The position numbers and the translations under genes were made by a program. Positions 18,612 to 30,320 of a stretch of 64,000 nt of DNA are shown here, piece by piece. This stretch comes from Lobosporangium transversale (taxonomy: Eukaryota), in the NCBI RefSeq assembly GCF_002105155.1, contig NW_019029023.1:248001-312000 (forward strand), read 5' to 3'. The notes under the pieces were generated by a model. It was not told the origin of the DNA, did not search any database, and worked only from the letters and a program-made list of their open reading frames with translations. Position 1 is the first letter of the stretch. Every line of letters begins with the position of its first letter.

Positions 18612-21600
18612 TTATTTGTAATAAACTACGTATATTTCCCTTAACCACTCAACACACGACCAGACAATGTGGGCCCATACCAGGCATAGGGCTCCACGGA
18701 TAATGCTCAAGGAAGGGCCAAAGCGATATTTGGCCTGTGCACCCTTGTCAACGGAGATTGGAGTGTTGTCCCCTAGTTTTAAAGTGGTCAAAGTAGGACT
18801 GAACTTGAGCGCCTCAGCCAGTGCCAAAGCCCCTTCCATCCTAATCGGGTTTCGTTCCAAGCCCAAAGTGCCCAAAGTTGCGTTGACCTTGAGCGCCTCT
18901 GACAGCGCCAAAGCTCCCTCATTTCCAATTGAGTTGCGATGCAACTTCAAGGTCGTCAAAGTCGTGTTAAGCTTGAGCGCCTCTGCTAATGCCAAAGCTC
19001 CTTCATCCCCAATTGAGTTCCAATCCAAGTCCAAAACGCTCAAAGCCGTGTTGGTCTTGAGTGCCCACGATAATGCCAGAGATCCTTCATTTCCAACTGA
19101 ATTCTCTCTTAAACTCAAATACCTCAAAGTTATGTTAGACTTGAGTGCCTTTGAGAGGGCTATAGCTCCTTCATTCCCAATTGAGTTGAGCCACAGGTCC
19201 AAAGATACCAAAGTCGTGTTAGACTTGAGTGCCTCTGATAATGCCAGGGCCCCTTCATCTCCAATTGAGTTCCAACTCAAGTCCAAGATAGTCAAAGTCA
19301 CGTTGACCTTGAGCGCCTCTGACAGTGCTAGAGCTCCTGCTTTTCTAATTGAGTTACGATTCAAGTCCAAAGTGGTCAAAGCCGTGTTTATTTTGAGCGC
19401 CTCTGACAGTTCCAGAGCTCCTCCATCCCCAATCGAATTGCGCTCCAAGCCCAGAGTGGACAACGTCGTGTTAACTTTGAGTGCCTCTGACAGGGCCAGA
19501 ACCCCTTCAACTCCGATTGAGTTCCAACTCAAGTTCAGGGTAGTCAAAGTTGTATTAACTTTGAGAACTTTCGACAGTGCGAGAGCTCCTTCTTTCCCGA
19601 CTGAATTACAGCTTAGGTTCAAGGCGGTCAAGGTCGTGTTAGTCTTGAGTGCTTCTGACAGCGCCAGAGCTCCTCCCTTCCCGATTGAGTTCCATGTCAA
19701 GTTCAAAGTGGTTAAAGTCGTGTTGTCCTTGAGTGCCTCTGCCAGTGCCAGAGATTGTTCGTTTCCAATTGAATTCCAACCCAAGTCCAAGATGGTCAAA
19801 ACCGTGAAGACCTTGAGCGACTCCACAAGTACTTGGAAATAACTGGCTCCAATGCCTCGAGGCCTAATCTCAAAGGAAAATTTTTGAAGGTGTGGCAGTC
19901 TTTTGGGCTGTAAAATAGAAAGCTGTAGGAGGTCCTGGGATAAGACTATATGAATTCTTTTCAGATTGTTAAGTCCAATGATGCGAGTAAGTATTATTCT
20001 ATAATATGTGGGTGTTGAGAATGCTTTCCTGTTGTTACTATCTTGACATTGGTCGAGCTCAAGTCGAAGGGTTGATACACTTGAAGCCTTTAGTGCATTT
20101 CCAAATGCTTCAAGCTCAATCTCGGTCCAATCCCAGCTGAATGTAATATCCAACTCATGAACACATCTGACATTTCTCAGAGTACTGAAGAAATCCTCAG
20201 CGCCAGCCCTGGAGCGCAATATAATAGTCGCTTTATCAAGGTTTGGGTCGTATTTGCCATTATACACCTTGATTGAATTTGCAAATACTTCCTGCTCTTT
20301 TTCTTTGAATGTCGAACGATAGTGATCGACACAAATCCATTTGACATGGCCTGTTTCGGTCGTGATCCTGTACAAGTTGCCAAGTTGTTTGTCTTCATTG
20401 TTGATCTGAAGAAAAGTGCCTAGCTGCTGAAGATCAGGTCCTTCAAGTCCTCTGTAGCCTTCAGCTATGTTGATGTCGCTCAGGCTCGGATACTCAATAG
20501 AGAGTGCTTTCATATACTGAAGCGAATAATCAATCTTAGCATTTGCCAGCCTTGGGACAGATGCCAAAGAAGCGGACGACAGTATCCTCAACTTGAGCCA
20601 TTCTAAAAGGACAAGCATGTGCTTTCCATACTTGCGGAAGAACTCCGTGCTATTTCGGATCTCATATCCATCATGTTGGACAATATGGATTTGGTTCTGG
20701 CTGCCCTTGCTAGGAGTTACGATGTGGTCGTCACATTCGCAGAGGAATTGAAGGCGGACCCTGTTTTTCAAGGTATTTGTTAGATCCCACTTTATATGTT
20801 CAACAGGCAGAAGTATAAACAGTCGAGGAAATAGAGAGTTTTGTAACTCAAAAGTCTGGAAGAGGATAGTATTAACATGCTTTTGGAGGATGGCAAGCCT
20901 ATTGAAAGCTTGCTGTTGCAAGCCAATGATCATTTCATCCTTCTCTTTAGCCTCTAACCGTAGTTTCAGCATCTCGTCGTCCTTTTGTTTGGCTTCCAGT
21001 TGCAGTTTCAACACCTCCAGTTGCAGTTTGAGCATCCTGTCATTCTCCTCAGCTTTCAATTGCAGTTTAGCCATCTCTGATTGCAATTTAAGCATCTCGT
21101 TGTCCTTCTCTTTCACTTGCAAGAGCAACTCTTTAATCTGCTCAAAGCCAGGATCGTCCATATCGATTTGCGCGACATTATGAGCTATATGAGATGAGTC
21201 CGAAGATTGTAAAGAAGAGTCCTGAAGAGTCGAATTTTCCGACCATCTCGATGTTGGCGAGCGGACGGCGGAGTTGTTTTGGCAGCTGCTCTGCGGTATT
21301 TCTGTAATGACATCCAGGACCTTGTTAGGGTAAAATGCAATACATGGAGGTTCGATTCTAAAGGAACAAATAATAAACAAACAAAAAATCATGTCAAACT
21401 GAGTTCCCCTTATTTCTCTTTGATAAGGGACCGTGAAAATGGTATACCTGTGACCAGTAGAGTGAACAAGGAATGGGATGGACTGTCCATCCAATTTGAA
21501 TCGCTGTGCATCTGGAAACAGCTCTCGAATGTCTTCCAAGCGCACATGGCAGAGCGAGTTGCCATTGCCTGCATCGGTAGAAGCAGTTCTGACACAAACC

Positions 21601-21653
21601 TCTTCAATGATGTTCTCAGTCCTTCGGAATTGTTGGAATTGAGGTCGTGTCAT
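18612..21653 (-). CDS. LRR-family paralogue 3: long coiled coil, about 13 LRRs, aberrant non-LRR tail (90-nt intron 21358-21447)
   Basis: MTRPQFQQFR header, PRLFILLP, RLQFLCEC, LGNLYRITTETGHVKWICVDHY and LRRs. The last repeat breaks off after LKLGDN at about 18765. Confidence 0.85.
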   Translation of the reverse strand: MTRPQFQQFRRTENIIEEVCVRTASTDAGNGNSLCHVRLEDIRELFPDAQRFKLDGQSIPFLVHSTGHRYTIFTVPYQREIRGTQFDMIFCLFIICSFRIEPPCIAFYPNKVLDVITEIPQSSCQNNSAVRSPTSRWSENSTLQDSSLQSSDSSHIAHNVAQIDMDDPGFEQIKELLLQVKEKDNEMLKLQSEMAKLQLKAEENDRMLKLQLEVLKLQLEAKQKDDEMLKLRLEAKEKDEMIIGLQQQAFNRLAILQKHVNTILFQTFELQNSLFPRLFILLPVEHIKWDLTNTLKNRVRLQFLCECDDHIVTPSKGSQNQIHIVQHDGYEIRNSTEFFRKYGKHMLVLLEWLKLRILSSASLASVPRLANAKIDYSLQYMKALSIEYPSLSDINIAEGYRGLEGPDLQQLGTFLQINNEDKQLGNLYRITTETGHVKWICVDHYRSTFKEKEQEVFANSIKVYNGKYDPNLDKATIILRSRAGAEDFFSTLRNVRCVHELDITFSWDWTEIELEAFGNALKASSVSTLRLELDQCQDSNNRKAFSTPTYYRIILTRIIGLNNLKRIHIVLSQDLLQLSILQPKRLPHLQKFSFEIRPRGIGASYFQVLVESLKVFTVLTILDLGWNSIGNEQSLALAEALKDNTTLTTLNLTWNSIGKGGALALSEALKTNTTLTALNLSCNSVGKEGALALSKVLKVNTTLTTLNLSWNSIGVEGVLALSEALKVNTTLSTLGLERNSIGDGGALELSEALKINTALTTLDLNRNSIRKAGALALSEALKVNVTLTILDLSWNSIGDEGALALSEALKSNTTLVSLDLWLNSIGNEGAIALSKALKSNITLRYLSLRENSVGNEGSLALSWALKTNTALSVLDLDWNSIGDEGALALAEALKLNTTLTTLKLHRNSIGNEGALALSEALKVNATLGTLGLERNPIRMEGALALAEALKFSPTLTTLKLGDNTPISVDKGAQAKYRFGPSLSIIRGALCLVWAHIVWSCVEWLREIYVVYYK

Positions 21654-23685
21654 CTCGGTGATGGTTCAAGGAATGACAAGATGGTTTCTCTGTTTTTGAT
21701 AACAGCATGCGGCTCTTTTTTTTTTTTTTTTTTTTTTTCTTGAACTTCGCCAAGGGAGTACAAGGCTTGATTGCTTGTCCCACTGGTCGCGCTTTCATCC
21801 AAGGATACAGTCCATTTGCGTCTTTGCGAGCAGAAATGGCTTTCGAATATTAAGTATAAGGCCCACAACAGCTGAAGACATGATCGGGCTATTAGTGTAG
21901 CCAACATAGTGGAATTAGCGCGTTGCATTTGGGTGATCAATAAATTGTGCGTTTCAGTGTACGCTCTGGAGATTTTTAGTATACGGAAGTCTGGGTTATG
22001 AATAAAACAGATATAGAAATTGGGCTTTGGCGTACTCTATCTTCCATCTCTATATCTATCCTCATGTTTACACCCGGTCTCGTCTATGATGCATATTGTC
22101 TTTATCCTTGGCAAAGATAACTAGGCAAATACTGTTCAACTGCTTTGTTTTGTTTGTTTTTGTAATTTAGTCAGAAGGAGGACTCAGAAAGAGCTTTTTG
22201 CTGAATTCAGAGTCGAAAAAAGTGTTCCAGGATATGAATGACTTCACAACAGTTACTTTACGATCAAAATCTTGAAGAGATAATCTTGATCTGTTGCACC
22301 ATAGTAGGCTCGCCTTTGGTTTGCTCGTCCCAAGTTGATAGCGGGTATCGACCGACCCAATGTGAAGCGTAACAGATGGATGCTTTGCCTTCTCTTTCCC
22401 GTTTAGCATTGAACAATGCTGTCCTGGTTGTAATCTCACCTGGGGTGAGGCCCTTATTTAGGCAAACACAATTATCCAATTCTTTTGCTATCCTTACCCT
22501 TTCTACAGCGTTACTCTGCCTTTACTTCGTCTTCTCTTCTACAGCCCAAATAGGCTAAGCTGGAGAGTTTCGTCAAAGGAGCTACATAATTCATCATGAC
22601 TTCCTCATCAGAAGGGAGAGCCTCCAAATCTCGCTTTTGCCATTGCAACTCGCATAAGCAATCCTTAATATATTGGGTCTGTGTGGTTGGGAAACATTTG
22701 GAGGGTAGGCATAACTGTAGATGATCATGGAGTAAGGCTTTCGCCCCGCCCTACTCAGGGCATTCCCTTATGGGATTGCACAGACGTGGGTATGGAAAGA
22801 CATAAGAAAGTTTGACCAGACTCGAATAGGTACTGTCCCTAGTAAAGTGTTTTAATCTGTCCAGTCATTAAACTGCCTTGTTACGCGTCACTTGGTCAAT
22901 CTCTGGATACCGATGAAAGAGGCCGTGATCTGTGATGGAAATGGTCTCCTTGATATTCTGGTAGGCATTGACATTGGCCTGGCCGACGAAATGATCAATG
23001 TGAGTGGTATGAAGCCTCAATGACAACTTTTTAGAGATACAGTTACTGAGTACTCAATTTAACGTTTTAAATTAAGACAGTGGTCCGTGCTTTTTTTTGA
23101 CAAGGAACAGCCCATTGGCATTACCAACGTGGCAATATTAAATACGAAGGATAAGTGTTTAGTGATCCATGCATAAATTATGGAATATAAAGCTGTATCG
23201 TGCCTCTTACGTTACACTAATGTCGTGGTAGCATTTTTTTATTTGTCCACTCCCGTTTGTTGGCTCCAAGTAGGAGGGGATAAGCTAGACCACATATTGA
23301 TCTCATGGCGTGTTGCTTATTAAATGGTCTACCTCCACACTACCTGCGAGAGTTTTAGAAGATCAGAAAATCAGTGTCTGCAAGCATACTTCACCAACCT
23401 GGATGGTGGCTTATTTTGACCTAATATTGTTAGTCTTTTTCCCCTATAGGACGGCCATCATTCGAATTGCTTTTGTGTTGTGCGTTGTCAAGGCTCAAGA
23501 TCTGATGAAAAGAGCACTTTTGCCTCTAACTTTCCCACTGATAGAAATTTTGAAGAAAAAAAAAATTTGTAAAGATGTAACTTAAGGGTAGTCTGTCAAA
23601 ATCTTTGAACTTTCGCCCCACCCCACAAACATTATTAACACACATCTTTTTTTTATTTTACAATTTAGCAACAACAACATTAATA

Positions 23686-24741
23686 ATGTCATTAGCAGAC
23701 GACTTTCTTGCAGATATCGATTATGAGGAGGCCGAGACCGTCACTCAGGTGCAAGAACCAGCACATGCAGGCTCATCCTCTTCTCGACAGAATCAGAATG
23801 GAGATCATGACATGGAGGAAGATGACAATAACAATGACGACGACTTTGACCCTGACATGGAGAGCGAAGAAGATAGTGCACTTGCCGCTATGATGCGTGA
23901 TGTCCAGACTGCCAAGAATGCTAGGGATATTGCAAAACTGATGGACTCTACAGAAATGAAATCTATTTTGCGGGTAATGCTGAATGGAATAATATTCTTT
24001 TTTTTTTTATTTTTATTTTTTTTTATTTTTTTGGATTGCAATTTAGGCTCACTGCCTTCTCCTCCTCCTCCTCCTCCTCGTGCTTGCTGCTCAATGATCT
24101 AACACAAAGCGTTTTTTTTTTTTTTTTTTTTTTTTTTTTCCTGCTCTTAATAGGATATTGCACATTACAAAACTGAATCAAAGTCAAAGGAATCAGAAGT
24201 CTCGGGCATGGTTGAAGATGATCCAGAATATCAGCTTATTGTTAAAGCCAATACGATTACAGTCGCCATTGACAATGAAATCCTTGTAGTTCACAAGGTA
24301 AATGAGGCAAACTGGACTTTGGAATTTCACTTTTGCAAGACAATTTTATCTCGTTTTATTTTATTTTATTTTATTTTTTTAAAAAAAACGCCTCAATCCT
24401 ATAATGTCGATCTTATATTTAACAGATTTCCATTTCTAATACCATATTTCAATAGTTCATCAGAGATCATTATGAACCCAAGTTCCCTGAGTTGGAGACT
24501 CTTGTGGCTAATCCCCTGGATTATGCAAGGACGGTTAAAAGGATTGCAAATCAGGAAGATATCACCAAGGTGGAGTTACACGACATCTTGCCTTCAGCAA
24601 CTGTAATGGTAGTTGTCGTTACAGGAACTACAACGGAAGGAAGGCCATTGACTGAGAGCGAGTGGCAAGCTTGTGAAGATGCATGTAACCTAGCTTTGGA
24701 TCTCGAGAAAGCAAAACAAACCGTAAGCATTTTGTTTAGAG

Positions 24742-24774
<33 letters not shown>

Positions 24775-25712
24775 TCGCCTAGTTTTACTTAATGACACTA
24801 ATTTTTCTACTTAATTTTCTCATATCAAAATTATAGATCATTGAATATGTCGAGTCTAGGCTAACATTTATCGCACCTAATCTTTCAGCAATCATTGGAA
24901 CAGCAACGGCTGCAAAATTGATGGGTCAAGCTGGTGGTCTTACAGCTCTCAGCAAAATCCCTGCATGCAATGTTCAAATCTTGGGCAAGGATCGAGTGTT
25001 GAACAGTGCGCTTTCCTCTGCATCACAGGCCAAGCATGTAGGGTTTATCTACAGATCGCCATTTGTCATGGCCATGCCAGTCGAGGTCCGAAAGAAGGCG
25101 CAAAAGATGATTGCAGCAAAGTTGTCTCTTGCTGCGAGGATTGACCGTATGCATTCATATCCGGACGGATCATGGGGCCGTAAAGTTAAAGAAGAGATTG
25201 AGAAAAAGATTGAGAAGCTTTTGGAGCCTCCACCATCGAAGAATATCAAGGCTTTGCCTGCACCTTTAGAGGCACCCAAGAAACGGCGTGGAGGTCGGAG
25301 AGCACGGAAAGAAAAGGAACTTTATGCAGTCTCTGAGATGCAAAAGCTCAAGAACAGAGTGGAGTTTGGAGTTGAAGAACAGGAAATTATGGGCTATGGT
25401 ACGACAGAAGGACTTGGAATGTTGGGACAAAACCATTCAGGGCCTGGTACAGGTGGGCGCATCAGAGCAGCTCAACAGAACAACAGAAACAGAGGCAAAA
25501 TTTCAAACAGGAACGCAGCGAGGTTGGCGCAGTATGGAGCCAATGCCAATGCGAATGGCTTGGCGACTGCAGGAACAGCATCTTCCATTGCTTTTACACC
25601 TGTGCAAGGAATTGAGTTGGTTGATCCTACAGCAGCAGCAGCCAAGATTAAGGCAGCGAACGAGAAGTATTTTGGCAGTGGCGGCTTCTTGAAAGTTCAG
25701 GGCAAGAAATGA
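23686..25712 (+). CDS. PRP31: U4/U6.U5 tri-snRNP splicing factor Prp31 (exons about 23686-23973, 24154-24297, 24455-24722, 24837-25712)
   Basis: MSLADDFLAD, EDDPEYQLIVKAN, FPELETLV, Nop domain AGGLTALSKIPACN, PKKRRGGRRARK and SSIAFTPVQGIEL. Confidence 0.95.
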
Positions 25713-26152
25713 AGAGGTGTAATGCGGTTGAGTGATAGAAACAGCAAGGTGCAAGTTGCGGGCTGATCCATTTTGTCTCCAAATGTAAAATAAATGAATA
25801 CAAATTAATGATAGAATGCTGATAAAATGAGTTTTTATGCATGGGGCAACGCGAATTAGGTTAGGAAAGAGCACTTCCAATGGTAATCAATGGGAATCAA
25901 TGTTAATTGACGCTTCCGGGAAGAAGCCACGCTGCAGGTTCAGTATGCAGATGCATGATGATAAAGAAGCTTTTTTAAACTCCAGTGTCATACGATTGAA
26001 TGATTTAAAAGAAATTTTCTTTCTTTTCCCCTTTCCCTCCTTCCTTTCCTTTCCTTTCCTTTCCTTTCCTTTCTCCCTATTCCTCTTTCTCCACTCACAT
26101 CGCCAATCGAAAACAGTTTGAACATCACCAAGAAAAGTACTATACAATCAAC

Positions 26153-27592
26153 ATGCTTATCAAAGAGTACCGCATCATTAACAATTGCTCCAATGCTGAG
26201 TACCAGGTGTGGAACAGGTTTCATTTTCATTCTTTTTTACATTCTCATTCTCTCATTCTCCTCATTCTCATCCTCACCCTGCACATGCAATAGCATCTAA
26301 TCACTTTTTTGTTTTATTTATTATTATTATTATTTTATTTTTTTAAAAAATAATAAAATAGGTTGCTCAACTGTACAATGTCGCTGAAATGTCAAAGGCC
26401 GAGAGCGGTGGCGGAGAAGGTGTCGAGATCCTAGTCAACGAACCTTATGATGATGGGACCCGTCAGGGCCAATTTACACACAAAGTAAAGTGATCGAAAA
26501 ACATGAAACTGTCCCAATATCTGTCAAGATCTTTTTTTTTTTTTTTTGTTCTTGTTGTTGTTATTTGTGGTTGCAAAATAAAAAGGTGCACGGTTTTTTT
26601 TTTCTGATGAAACAAAGGGTTCTTGGGGTTGTGGGAAATTTGCTTTTCCTCTGATTATAGATTTATCATCTGGAGTCCAAGTTGCCAGGCTGGATCAGAG
26701 CTCTTATGCCCGCTGGTGCTACAAAGTGTCAAGAGAGGGCCTGGAATGCTTTCCCCTGTAAGTCCTGTCTTGGAGACATTTATAAAACAAATGAGGAAGA
26801 GAGAGAGAGAGGTTGGCAATTTGGATGTGATGTGAATGAAATGGCTGTGTTCTCTCCTGTGCTCTTTTTTTTTTTTTTTTTTTTTTTTTGGGCTGCGGGT
26901 TTATTGTTTTATTGTTCTCGTGGTCTTCAACAAACTCACAAACACCACGTAATACACCATGCTGACCATCTTCTTTACCCCCCCTTCTTTTCTATTCCTG
27001 CCGGTACTACTTTTTTTTCTTTCTTTCTTTCATATTATTTGCTACAACATAACCATTAGGGTGCAAAACTGTGATTACAAATGATTACATGAAGGAGTCG
27101 TTTTCTGTTACGGTCGAGTCGTTTCATGTGGATGGTGATCGTGGCCAACTGAACAATGCACTTAACTTGTCACAGGATATTTTGAAGCAACGTGAGGTTA
27201 TTACAATTGACGTTGCCAATGATCCAAAGTCATACTACCTTCAGACATTTAACCCAGTAAAGGAGGATGTGACAACGTTCAGGTCAGAAAAGGCGCTTCG
27301 TGGTCCATTGCAAGGTCAATGGTCCAAGACTTGTGATCCTGTCATGACATGCTACAAACTTGTGTCGATCGAATTCAAGTGGTATGGGTTGCAGACAAAG
27401 ATGGAATCATACATGCACTCTGTTGAGCGTGATCTGTTTACAAAGTTTCATCGTGAGCTGTTCTGCTCAATGGATGGTTGGTATGGACTTACGATGGAGT
27501 CGATTCGTGAGATGGAAAAACGAACAAAAGAAGAGTTGGCCCAAAAATTAGCCACTCCTCTTCCTCCTGCAACAGGTGTGCAACCGAAGTAA
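26153..27592 (+). CDS. START-fold phosphatidylinositol transfer protein, PITP alpha/beta-like (exons 26153-26206, 26362-26484, 26661-26757, 27060-27592)
   Basis: [68 protein letters not shown]. All introns are GT..AG and preserve frame. Confidence 0.92.
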
Positions 27593-28659
27593 GGCTTATT
27601 TTGTGGACCCGTTGAACAAATAAATACTCTGTTTGTAGCATGAATTGACCAAAATGTTCCCGAAACAAAGCTGCTTCAATTTTATTTTCTCCTTGAGCGA
27701 TTGATAACCTTCATTCTCGACAATGGCACACCGAAAACATTGAATCTCATTTCTATTGGTGTTGTAAAGATCTTTCCAAGGAAGCCATATCGTTGATGAA
27801 TACAGCACTTTATAATATGTATAATAATATTAATAAAACACAGACCCTCTTAGTCTTGCTCGCAGGACATTCGCACATTCATATTTCTACCGCAATTCGC
27901 CACTTGACGCCTCAATGGATGGATGGACCTTGTACTTAATTTGGTGTAAATGAAAGAAAAATAGAATATTAAAGATGATACCTGGTTTCTTTTTCCTTTT
28001 TTTTTTTTTTTGTCCACTGGACTAAGTAAACATAAAGACTTGAAATAGCAACACTTCCGAAGGCACATCATGCTCCATCTTGGAAGAAAAGAGAGAAAGA
28101 AAAAAGGGGGATAATTATGGCCCTGGCTCTCTCGGATAGTAAGCCTAAGTCGTCATGTTGTTGGACTTGACTAGCTATTTACTTCATGAGGAGCGTAAAG
28201 ATATGTTAACATTGAGACCTTTGCCACCATTACTCCCACGTAAATGCAAGCTTTCAGGGTGTCTTCTTTTTGTGCGCCTTCAAATCTCATCCCCTGGTTG
28301 ATCATCTATCCTCCACTTCTCTTCCAACGATCGACTTCATCATTGTTGGTCTCATGTAGTATGATAATTTCCACATTTCATTTCCACACATACATTTCAT
28401 CACATACATTTTACTGGTGGCTCCTCCTTGGCATCACTCCTCTAGGCACTTTCCCCGCATTTCATTTTCACGCCTTCGCTTACTACTTTTTCTTTTACAC
28501 TTCCTCTTACATTTTACCGACCGTCTACTCGCTTTTTCTTTTCCTTGTCTTGTTTTTATTACACTTTAGTCTACCAACTTCTCCTACCACTTCTTTTCTT
28601 GCTTTCGCCTTATTATAAGCTCCTTCGTTGCACAACATTGGGTTACTATGACATCCTCT

Positions 28660-29200
28660 CTACATATGGCATATGGTAGCGAGCCCTGAGGTTCCCTCGC
28701 GACGGGGGATCTACTCGCAGCCCCTGCTAATTCAAACGAACAAGCCTACTATGGACCATACAACATGATTTTGACCCATACTTTCACGATACAAGCTCCA
28801 TTCCTGGTATCACCGCAAATGCATCCAAGCTGTACTAAAATAATCGGCTTCCTTAGCGAATATCTCGCTATGCTCAACCGCAGGGATGCTATGATCGTTG
28901 AGATCAACAGCCTAGCTGATTCCCAGGCGCGTGACCGCCTCAGTTCAATGCATAAAGCCATCATGCTGTCTGGAATAGTGGGATCGAGATCTTTGAGCGC
29001 TTTTGCCGTGTATACAGGTACAACCGCGCTATACGGTGGAATGAAGCCGATGATGATTGTAACGATTTGATTGCTGCTAACTGGAGCATTGATCTGCACA
29101 CACTGCAAGGTCGATTGTAGCTGGAGCCATCTTTGAACAAGTCGTACAACGCGTTGCACAGGGACTTGGCTTCTAAATACGCCTATAGTGCCACTCATTA
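28660..29200 (+). pseudogene. Decayed copy 1 of a small fungal gene family, putative PD-(D/E)XK-like fold
   Basis: PANSNEQAYYGPYNMILTHTF..VSPQ..MIVEINSLADSQARDRL, with frameshifts. DNA homology to 29780-30320 and 32850-33850. Confidence 0.55.
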
Positions 29201-29779
29201 GTTACAATGTCCCTATTACTAGTAAGGTTTTTACTTTTTACTTAACAATAACCTCGCTCTCGTTACTTGTTATGACCTCTGAGTATTTTAGGGCCTTAAG
29301 CCTCGGGCTTTGCGATGGTAGCCTCTTGCATTGATAGGGAATTCAATGCTTTACTTTGTAATTTTTTCATGGTATTAAAAAATAATAATAATAATAATAA
29401 TAAAAAACACTCTCACTATGATCTTTTTTTTTTTTAATGTGTATATGGGATTTGAGGCATACGCACTATACATTATTAGGTTAAAACACACCCAACTGAT
29501 TTCCTGTATGAAAAAGGTTTTCTACCACTTCTTAGGAACTATTTGTATACGCTCTGCTAATATATGGCACAAATAAAGCTCCTATCATCCTCTTGGTACA
29601 TTATTATGTGTTATACTTTCAACTTGGATTGGATTGTGCTTTTTTATTTGTTTTTATTTTCTTAATTTCTTTCCTTTTCTTTTTCTTTTTTTTTTTTTTT
29701 TTTTTTTTTTTCTTCTAGTCTAGCCGTGTACTCTTGTACATGGTAGTTGCGTATTATGGGATATGCAACGGGTGCGATT

Positions 29780-30320
29780 GTAATTTGCCGTGTGCCACGA
29801 CTGTATATGTACACACGGCAAAAGCATCCAAAAGATGCAAAAGGCCCCCCCCCCCACCGCTTCGGAGCAGGGCGACGTAGCCACAGATTGGGGGCGGAGG
29901 TGATCGCGCACCTTAGAATTAGCTATCCATCAAACAGCTTTGAGTCTCAAATCAATCTCGTCTTTTTGATCTCGACGGTCATAACAACTCTGTAGTTGAG
30001 CATAACGAGGTATTCGATAAGGAAGTCGATTGCTTCAGTATGGTTGGGGCGTATTTGTGGTGATACCAGGTATTCGAGCTTGTATCGGGGGAAGCATGGT
30101 CTAGGATCATATTGTATGGTTCATAATACGGCTGTTCATTTGATTCGGCAGGAGGGCGTGAGCAGGACCTCTCGTTGTTTTGAGCCATATGTAGCGCATG
30201 TAGGGTAATGTGATAATAATCCTTATGTTGCACTGAATGGTTCTCGCATCGAAATAAAAGCAAGGAGTAAAGCGGTAGGGAAAGTTGGCAGACTAAAGTG
30301 TAGGGAGGAGAAAAGCAGGA
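29780..30320 (-). pseudogene. Decayed copy 2 of the same family
   Basis: PPAESNEQPYYEPYNMILDH. It shares the upstream ACACTTTAGTCT(A/G)CCAACTT with copy 1 at 28561. Confidence 0.55.

Noticed and set aside
18667..19842. Long antisense ORFs over the LRR arrays (also 12941-13591, 15892-16437, 42906-43769, 7486-8019)
   Set aside because: They are shadows of the repeated 84-bp unit, which lacks a stop in one reverse frame. There is no independent coding signal.
21900..23500. Intergenic stretches that look like decayed coding or transposon DNA (also 6250-7100, 30500-32800, 34000-34800)
   Set aside because: No recognisable motif or termini by eye; these would need BLASTX.
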